The notes beneath the pieces are model-generated. The model was not told where the DNA came from. It did not search any database and saw only the letters and a program-made list of their open reading frames with translations. From Candidatus Thorarchaeota archaeon (GTDB taxonomy: Archaea > Asgardarchaeota > Thorarchaeia > Thorarchaeales > Thorarchaeaceae), in contig PRDJ01000079.1 in NCBI GenBank assembly GCA_003345555.1, positions 1 through 5,850 on the forward strand: a stretch of 5,850 bases of DNA. Direction: 5' to 3'. Positions within the stretch are counted from its first letter, which is position 1; each line of letters opens with the position of its first letter. The translations under genes were made by a program, and so were the position numbers. Below, piece after piece: positions 1 through 5,576 of the stretch.

Positions 1-335
1 TACATGAAAGAGCAGAGGATGCAGGAATCTCGTCGGTCCTAGTCAGAGGAGGGGTCGATGACGAGATCGCAGTGCTCTTCCGCCGGTTCGATATAGAGCC
101 CAACGTTGATCCCTCGAAGTCTCGTTGCTCCAAGTGCAATGGGCCCCTCGTTGAGATAAGCAAAGACGAGAAAGAACAGGTAAAGGGGCTTGTCTTCGAG
201 CAGACCTATAACTACTACGACAAGTTCTGGCTTTGCACAAACTGCAAGAGCGTCTATTTTCAGGGAGGGCATTGGAAGAACATCAGACAGTATATGAATC
301 ACATCAAATCCCTGATGGAGGCACAGCCACCCTAA
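1..335 (+). CDS. Mut7-C RNase domain protein (PIN fold with inserted zinc ribbon, DUF82/COG1656-like); 5'-truncated by the window edge
   Basis: The frame is open from the window edge (first full codon at 3: HERAEDAGISSVLVRGGVDDEIAVLFRRFDIEP...), so the ORF-track start at 72 is internal. It contains RCSKCNGPL (Cys at 126-128) and a distal WLCTNCKSVYFQGGHW (Cys at 234 and 243). These match the Mut7-C pattern RCxxCNxxL...CxxCxxxYWxGSH from my knowledge of the family. Stop is TAA at 333-335. Confidence 0.88.
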   Translation, partial: HERAEDAGISSVLVRGGVDDEIAVLFRRFDIEPNVDPSKSRCSKCNGPLVEISKDEKEQVKGLVFEQTYNYYDKFWLCTNCKSVYFQGGHWKNIRQYMNHIKSLMEAQPP

Positions 336-343
336 AGAGAACC

Positions 344-841
344 CTATTCGCTCCTCTGCCACTTCCGCTCTCTGGTTGTTGTTGGCTCAGTGACAGTTAT
401 GTCATATTTGACAGGCACACAATCCTTGAGCGAGCGTCCTAGGTGACAGTATTCCTTCATCAGCTCCAAGCAGCGCCGACCCGTTCGGAGTTCACCCGCC
501 CCTACAACAATCGCCCCTGAGACGCTAATCTCGACGACTCTGTAGCCCGTACCATCAAAGCTCACGCGTGCTTCTCCATCCAAGTGCATCGAGACCAGAG
601 TCATCTCAAATCGACGCTGGAAATCCAAGAACGTGTTATTCAGACAAGCCAGTATCGACAAGAGAAAGACCTCGTCAGGACAGACCCCGTGGCCTCGTCC
701 ACCATATGCTGCCGGCGTGTCAAAAGCGATTTGTTGACCGCCGCTTGTCAAGGCAGTGCCGCCTGTTGCACCATCCCATGTAGTGGAAGCTCTGTACTCG
801 CTAGATTCGGGATAACGGGGTTTTGTTCTCAAAGCCAGCAC
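344..841 (-). CDS. OsmC/Ohr-family protein (putative thiol-dependent peroxidase)
   Basis: 165 aa. It has the family pattern of N-terminal beta strands (YRASTTWDG), FDTPAAYGGRG, PDEVFLLSILAC66 and a distal YC132HLGRSL, with 66 residues between the two likely catalytic Cys. The start is GTG at 841, or TTG at 832, which has an SD-like AGGTG 6 nt upstream. Stop is TAG at 344-346. Confidence 0.88.
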   Translation of the reverse strand: MLALRTKPRYPESSEYRASTTWDGATGGTALTSGGQQIAFDTPAAYGGRGHGVCPDEVFLLSILACLNNTFLDFQRRFEMTLVSMHLDGEARVSFDGTGYRVVEISVSGAIVVGAGELRTGRRCLELMKEYCHLGRSLKDCVPVKYDITVTEPTTTRERKWQRSE

Positions 842-865
842 CTACGAGAGACTCAGCATTTGGCA

Positions 866-882
866 ATTCGTTAAATCTTCCG
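866..882 (-). promoter_or_regulatory. Putative archaeal BRE/TATA promoter for the OsmC-family gene
   Basis: The minus strand reads CGGAAG-ATTTAA-CGAAT: a purine-rich BRE-like element directly upstream of a TTTAA box (871-876), about 30 nt before the GTG at 841. This rests on motif resemblance only. Confidence 0.4.
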
Positions 883-940
883 ATACCGCTCTCGCAAAAG
901 GAGAGATGCTCCAAGTTCACGATTCTTCGCGGCATATCAC

Positions 941-947
941 TTATGTA
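941..947 (+). promoter_or_regulatory. Possible weak TATA-like box for the Toprim gene
   Basis: TTATGTA lies about 52 nt upstream of ATG 999. It is a degenerate match to the archaeal TATA consensus. Confidence 0.2.
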
Positions 948-984
948 CTGCCAGACATCGAACAGAAGCATGATTCGGCTTCTA

Positions 985-990
985 GAGGAG
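985..990 (+). promoter_or_regulatory. Shine-Dalgarno site of the Toprim gene
   Basis: GAGGAG lies 8 nt before ATG 999, supporting 999 rather than 906 as the start. Confidence 0.6.
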
Positions 991-998
991 ATTCTCGT

Positions 999-1481
999 AT
1001 GAGCAGAAGGAAGGAAGGAACGCTATCCCAGAAGGTTCAGGAGTATAAGAACAGACGAGAGAGCAAAGCTGACAAGAATCTCACAGACGATGAAATGAAT
1101 CTAATCGAGTTGCTCATGGGCCTTGACCGGAAGTACGAGAAACCCCTCATCATCGTAGAAGGAAGGCAAGACGAGCGCGCACTGAGACACTTCGGAATAA
1201 AGTCGCGAATAATGAGAACACAGACAGGACTGAGTAGAGCCGAACTTGTAGACCAGATTGCTAGCATTGCAGGTAGAAGAGAGCAGGTATTGATATTGAC
1301 TGACTTCGATCGAGAAGGAAGTGATGTATGTGGATTCCTTCAGAAAGAACTGGAACTGCACAAAGTGAAGGTGCTGAAAGGGCTGAGAAGGAGGATTCGC
1401 ACTCTGATGGGTGACAGGAGATGCGTCGAAGACCTCGGAGCTCTGTTCCACAAGAAAGACTCGCTCGAAATGGCAACCTGA
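999..1481 (+). CDS. Small stand-alone Toprim domain protein (COG1658 small primase-like / RNase M5-like, archaeal UPF0292 type)
   Basis: 160 aa from ATG 999, in frame with the ORF-track 906 start. It has the Toprim motifs LIIVEGRQDERAL (conserved Glu) and VLILTDFDREG (DxD), followed by the typical helix-strand-helix and a C-terminal VEDL. Stop is TGA at 1479-1481. Confidence 0.9.
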   Translation: MSRRKEGTLSQKVQEYKNRRESKADKNLTDDEMNLIELLMGLDRKYEKPLIIVEGRQDERALRHFGIKSRIMRTQTGLSRAELVDQIASIAGRREQVLILTDFDREGSDVCGFLQKELELHKVKVLKGLRRRIRTLMGDRRCVEDLGALFHKKDSLEMAT

Positions 1482-1531
1482 GACGAGCGGATAGTACTCA
1501 GAATATCACTGTCGCGAAACATGGGTTGGAA

Positions 1532-2563
1532 CTACACTGTACTGCCGCAGTTTGGACAGATGAATTTCCCTGCAGGTATTTCGGCCCCACATACACGACA
1601 GGTGCGGGCTCTCTGCATTCTTATTGCATCAACAACACCGCCCTTCTGGGGTACTAAGACGAACTTCCCATCTTCGTAGCTGATCTTGAACTCCGATGGG
1701 TTGCCTGCCTTCTGGAGCAGGTCGAAGGGCATGGGCAAACGCAGATTGTTGTCGAGTCTTACGATCCTAGTGTTGTCCAGAGTATCAAGATCTATGCCTG
1801 TCTGATGGAATCCGGATATTATCCCATCACGAATCTCGACTGTAATGTCAGCCTTCGATGCTACCTGCTGGCTGTGCGTCACGATAAAGAAGGAGGTACT
1901 GAGCGTCTCATTTAGTTCTTGAAACAGGTCAAGAATCCTTTCAGCGGTCTCAGGATCCAAGTCACCAGTAGGTTCATCGCATAGGACAAGACCCTTACCC
2001 TGAGTATCAATCAGGTTCACCAAGGCACTTGCGATGGCGACCCTTGCGCGTTCTCCTCCGCTAAGAGTCGTGGCCCTGCTTCGCTTGCGCTCCTCAAGTC
2101 CGACGAGCTTGACTAGTCGGTCCACGCGTTCACGCCGTATCTGTCGTGGAACACCTGCGATACGAGCAGCCAATTCGACGTTCTGCTCCGCATTCAGGTG
2201 CGGGAGCAGATTGTTCACCTGAAAGACGAACCCAATGAAGCTTCGTCTAGCCTCCGTGAGCACTCTTTCGCCAAGTTTCGTGATATCCGTACGGAGGTTA
2301 GCCCAGTAGACCTTGCCGACCGTGGCCTTCGTTATTCCCCCAATGATGTTGGTGAGTGTTGTCTTGCCGGACCCACTAGGTCCTACCACACACATCATCT
2401 TGCCTTCTAGGATTTGGAGTGACACACCACTCAGGGCTACGACCTCGAGTTCATTCGTCTTGTAGATCTTGTAGCAGTTCTCAACGCTGACCACAACATC
2501 ATCTGGATACTGACTGTAGAGGTCTAGCTGCTCCTCACTAGTCGCAGCAGTCATTGGAGGCAC
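1532..2563 (-). CDS. ABC transporter ATP-binding protein, LolD/MacB/SalX type (COG1136-like), with a C-terminal AbrB-like segment and a zinc ribbon
   Basis: Walker A GPSGSGKTT (2357-2383), Q-loop GFVFQ, signature LSGGE, Walker B/D-loop LVLCDEPTGDLD and H-loop IVTHS are all present. About 90 extra C-terminal residues end in CRVC-x10-CPNC. The start is GTG at 2563 or ATG at 2554. Stop is TAG at 1532-1534. Confidence 0.95.
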   Translation of the reverse strand: MPPMTAATSEEQLDLYSQYPDDVVVSVENCYKIYKTNELEVVALSGVSLQILEGKMMCVVGPSGSGKTTLTNIIGGITKATVGKVYWANLRTDITKLGERVLTEARRSFIGFVFQVNNLLPHLNAEQNVELAARIAGVPRQIRRERVDRLVKLVGLEERKRSRATTLSGGERARVAIASALVNLIDTQGKGLVLCDEPTGDLDPETAERILDLFQELNETLSTSFFIVTHSQQVASKADITVEIRDGIISGFHQTGIDLDTLDNTRIVRLDNNLRLPMPFDLLQKAGNPSEFKISYEDGKFVLVPQKGGVVDAIRMQRARTCRVCGAEIPAGKFICPNCGSTV

Positions 2564-2585
2564 ACTGGACTCGCCCTAGTGGAAC

Positions 2586-2601
2586 TCTGATAAGTCTATT
2601 G
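2586..2601 (-). promoter_or_regulatory. Possible internal promoter for the ATPase gene
   Basis: The minus strand reads CAATAGA-CTTATCA-GA, with the TTATCA-like box about 25 nt upstream of GTG 2563 in a 106-nt spacer. It is a weak consensus match. Confidence 0.2.
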
Positions 2602-2669
2602 GGCAAAGCATTGTCCGCGCGGTCGCACGCTATGTGTTTTCGTCCTTACAGAACCTGTGCCCAGTCACT

Positions 2670-5564
2670 CTACAGATTCCTCAACACAGTAGCGGGGTCA
2701 ACAGCACCGGCCCTACTTGCTGGCAAGTAGCAGCTCGCAAGCATTGCGACACCATTGAGGGATAGCACCAACAGCATCATGGCGATTGGAAAGCTCAGCA
2801 CTTCTCCTATGACTGGAGAGAACGGGGAAATGCCGAATGTGAGGATGGTCATGCTATAACCGAAGATGACACCAAGGACGAGGCTAATGCCAATCGCTGC
2901 GACGACAGAACCCGCGAATTCCCCGAAGACCATCGATATCACCTGTGACTTCGTGCCTCCAATCGCTCTGAATATGGCATATTCCCAGTCGCGCTCCTTT
3001 ACTGCTGAGCCAAGAAACAGCGCGAGTGCAGACAGCCCCATCATTGCGCAGAGGAGGAAAGCAATGACAGTAAGACCCTGCATTCCCGACAGAAAGAGAT
3101 TGGTTGAGGAGGAACCCAAAGCAGAGTCTTGAGGAGTATAGACGTTCACATTCCTTTCAGATGAGAGCGCATCAATCATCAAAGTCGTGTTAGAGTAGCT
3201 CACGGTATCGACGAGGAATAAATCGGTCGTATCGATGTAGGATAGCGTTGATAGAGACTGCAGATTCACGAAAGCGAAGCCACCACGACCCACTTGGAAT
3301 CCAAACTGAGATCCGAGAGAAGCCCCCACGAGATCATGAGTGGCTGCCATCCCAAAGCCCGGGGCACTTCTCATCAATCCGACTATTTCGAAATAGATGA
3401 CACGGGTTCCGTTGATTGATTCAAAATAGACGAGGATGCTGTCACCTGCTGTCTTGTTCCATAGCTCAGCGTAGTATTCACTGATTACGATGCCATCATT
3501 CTTTCCGCTTAACTTGGTGAGGACGGAACCGGCGTCCTCTCCTACGAAAGATTCAGTTGAAAAATAACCAATACGCCCATAGTTCTCGGCATCGATGCCC
3601 TCCAAGAAGAAAGACTCACTCCCGACCTCTGCCCAAGTCTCAATGACTGGAGTGACAGCAGTGACACCAGGATAGCCCAAAAGCGTCTCGTTGTAGCTTA
3701 GAGGCTTCTGATCACACTGTATTCGAATATCACAACCTATCGCATAATGCTTCTCATTTTCCGATGTTGCTTCAAAACTACTGGCCTGTATGAGCATCAT
3801 TGTTGTGGTCGTGAGTGTCAGTGTCAAAATCACGAGAAGCGGGATGAACTGTCCCTTGCGTCTTCTAAGGCTCTGAGTCAGATAGAGGCTCCTTTCTCCT
3901 ATTAGAAACCTCGTACCACTCGACAGTCTCGCAGTCACCAGTCGCATCACTCTTGAACCAAGATACGAAGATATGAAGAGGAGAAGAGTGGCGCCGAGTA
4001 TCTCCCCAATTGCAACAAGGCCTTGAGGTGCTGCAATCGTCGGCATTAATAGGAGCATAACAAGAATCCACGTCAAAGCCAATGCGTACTTCCGTGCACT
4101 GGTTTGCTCTGCGTCCTCGGCAGTTGGTCCTGTCATGGGTTGACCCACCTCTGAGACATCGATTCTTCTAGCTACGTGCAGCAGGTAGGAGCCCGGAAGG
4201 TATAGCGATATGACTCCAGCAATGACCAATGCAAGAGGAGGAAGACTGAGGTTCTCGATGAACCGCACATACACATTGACATCGAAAACTAAGAGACTGA
4301 CAGATGCACCCAATAACGGAGCCATCAAGAATGACAGACCAATCCCGATGACGAATCCGAGTATGGCCAACAAGACGGACTCCCACATGAACGTGGCGAA
4401 AACCTGATTGAATGATGCGCCCTTAGCTCTTAGGGCACTAATCTCACCCTTCCGTCGAGCGATTGATGTCTCCGAGGTGAATATGCTCAACATAAGACTC
4501 ATGATCAGTACAGGGAACGCAATGACCGTCAGGACTTGGCTCTGAAGGTAGGTCTGCACTTCAGCGTCAAGGCGCGAAATCTCCTGCAGGCCAGAGACGT
4601 AAACGCCGGGGTATTGCTCCTCAATACGAGTCTTCAATGTTAGAAGGTTGTTACCAGCGTTCGCCGCTCCTGCCCCTAGAAGCGCACTTGCAGATGCTCT
4701 CACCAATGATACAGGCGGGAAGAAACCGTTGTTTGCTACCTGGTCCGCGACGAACTCTCCGACATCTCTCGCCAGAATCATCACTGAGTCACCAATCCCC
4801 AGCACAGACTCCCGGTAGGGGCTCTCCGGGTCCCAGTTCCTGCGATTTATGGAAGGAAACCACTGGCGAAGAGGTGACAACGGGGAATCGACTTGGTAGA
4901 CTCCTACTACGGTGAGATTGCTCAATGCGAGCCTGCCAAAATCAAGTGGAGTACCCACGGGTCTTCTACCTGTATGTGCGAGCAAGTCCACATTTATGAC
5001 GCTGCCCACATCAATGGTTATGTTATGGACTTGGTATGTATATTGGACAAAACCCTCAGAGACCAGAATCTGGCCTTCCGATAGAGAGAAGACACCGCGC
5101 CATTTGAACTCTTGCGACCAATTCCTCAGAAGGCCGTGTGTCACTAGAAAGACACGCATGTCTTTGAAACCAAGCGCGTAGTTGGTTGCAGTCATTGAGT
5201 ACAAGCTCCAACTAGGGAAGAATGTGCCAATGAGTATGCCCACGGAAGAAGGAACCAGTTGTGCAGATTCTGTGAACGGACTGGCCTGAGCGGCAGCTTG
5301 AGCATAGAGAAGCCCGGACGATTGCAGACTCTCACCCGAAGCAGGTGTGAGCGCCATCTGGAATGTGTTAGCTGCGAGATAATCCTCCAATACCAGATGC
5401 GTACCGGTGCTGGTCCATACGAACACGGTTGTAGGTAAGGCAACCCCGATGGCAAGAACTAGAGCAATACCTGCATTGCGGGATTTGCTGTTCCTCAGAG
5501 ATGAGAATGCGTAGCGCATTGCCCACCAAGGGTTTCCGCGTGCTTTGGTTGACGCATCCTTCAT
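2670..5564 (-). CDS. Large FtsX/MacB-family ABC transporter permease (two FtsX units, about 10 predicted TM helices, two large extracytoplasmic domains)
   Basis: 964 aa. It begins with a MacB-like amphipathic helix plus TM1 (WAMRYAFSSLRNSKSRNAGIALVLAIGVAL). FtsX-domain motifs occur twice: RRKGEISALRAKGASFNQV and KERDWEYAIFRAIGGTKSQV. The second unit starts at SLRRRKGQFIPLLVILTL, and the protein ends with the canonical YLPASRAGAVDPATVLRNL. An SD-like GAGGA overlaps the upstream gene's stop codon. Confidence 0.95.
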   Translation of the reverse strand: MKDASTKARGNPWWAMRYAFSSLRNSKSRNAGIALVLAIGVALPTTVFVWTSTGTHLVLEDYLAANTFQMALTPASGESLQSSGLLYAQAAAQASPFTESAQLVPSSVGILIGTFFPSWSLYSMTATNYALGFKDMRVFLVTHGLLRNWSQEFKWRGVFSLSEGQILVSEGFVQYTYQVHNITIDVGSVINVDLLAHTGRRPVGTPLDFGRLALSNLTVVGVYQVDSPLSPLRQWFPSINRRNWDPESPYRESVLGIGDSVMILARDVGEFVADQVANNGFFPPVSLVRASASALLGAGAANAGNNLLTLKTRIEEQYPGVYVSGLQEISRLDAEVQTYLQSQVLTVIAFPVLIMSLMLSIFTSETSIARRKGEISALRAKGASFNQVFATFMWESVLLAILGFVIGIGLSFLMAPLLGASVSLLVFDVNVYVRFIENLSLPPLALVIAGVISLYLPGSYLLHVARRIDVSEVGQPMTGPTAEDAEQTSARKYALALTWILVMLLLMPTIAAPQGLVAIGEILGATLLLFISSYLGSRVMRLVTARLSSGTRFLIGERSLYLTQSLRRRKGQFIPLLVILTLTLTTTTMMLIQASSFEATSENEKHYAIGCDIRIQCDQKPLSYNETLLGYPGVTAVTPVIETWAEVGSESFFLEGIDAENYGRIGYFSTESFVGEDAGSVLTKLSGKNDGIVISEYYAELWNKTAGDSILVYFESINGTRVIYFEIVGLMRSAPGFGMAATHDLVGASLGSQFGFQVGRGGFAFVNLQSLSTLSYIDTTDLFLVDTVSYSNTTLMIDALSSERNVNVYTPQDSALGSSSTNLFLSGMQGLTVIAFLLCAMMGLSALALFLGSAVKERDWEYAIFRAIGGTKSQVISMVFGEFAGSVVAAIGISLVLGVIFGYSMTILTFGISPFSPVIGEVLSFPIAMMLLVLSLNGVAMLASCYLPASRAGAVDPATVLRNL

Positions 5565-5576
5565 CTTCCCAGTCCT

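Larger units (their letters stand above)
843..999. repeat. 12-bp imperfect inverted repeat at 843-854 and 988-999, flanking the osmC/toprim divergent spacer
   Basis: The reverse complement of 843-854 is GAGTCTCTCGTA, and 988-999 is GAGATTCTCGTA: 10 of 12 identical. Confidence 0.5.

Noticed and set aside
329-346. ACCCTA-N6-ACCCTA direct repeat spanning the two convergent stop codons
   Set aside because: A 6-bp repeat is expected by chance, and there is no element between the copies to suggest a target-site duplication.
39-362. 107-aa antisense ORF with a hydrophobic stretch
   Set aside because: It lies fully opposite the Mut7-C gene, has no recognisable motif, and its hydrophobicity is explained by the antisense reading of a Lys/Glu-rich gene.
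842-859. Mini-ORF ATG CTG AGT CTC TCG TAG (minus strand) in frame directly before the OsmC GTG
   Set aside because: It is only five codons long, and its ATG is 12 nt from the putative TATA box, so it probably lies upstream of the transcription start. There is no evidence for read-through or a uORF role.
568-874. Plus-strand ORFs 568..783 and 584..874
   Set aside because: They are shadow ORFs opposite the well-supported OsmC gene and have no motifs.
906-998. ORF-track N-terminal extension of the Toprim gene from ATG 906
   Set aside because: ATG 999 has a well-spaced GAGGAG, whereas 906-998 encodes nothing recognisable and overlaps probable promoter elements.
1037-1522. Minus-strand ORFs opposite the Toprim gene, including 1340..1522, which is in frame just after the ATPase TAG
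   Set aside because: They are Ser-rich antisense shadows. Read-through would append an unstructured-looking tail after a natural zinc-ribbon terminus, and nothing supports that.
1482-1531. Convergent spacer between the Toprim and ATPase genes, examined as a terminator or small RNA
   Set aside because: It has only 6-bp palindromes (AGTACT, TCGCGA), with no stable hairpin, no oligo-T tract and no C/D-box or tRNA-like pattern that I could support.
2866-5455. Short alternative-frame and antisense ORFs inside the 964-aa permease
   Set aside because: All are 63-92 aa, fully nested in a strongly supported gene, and have no recognisable domains.
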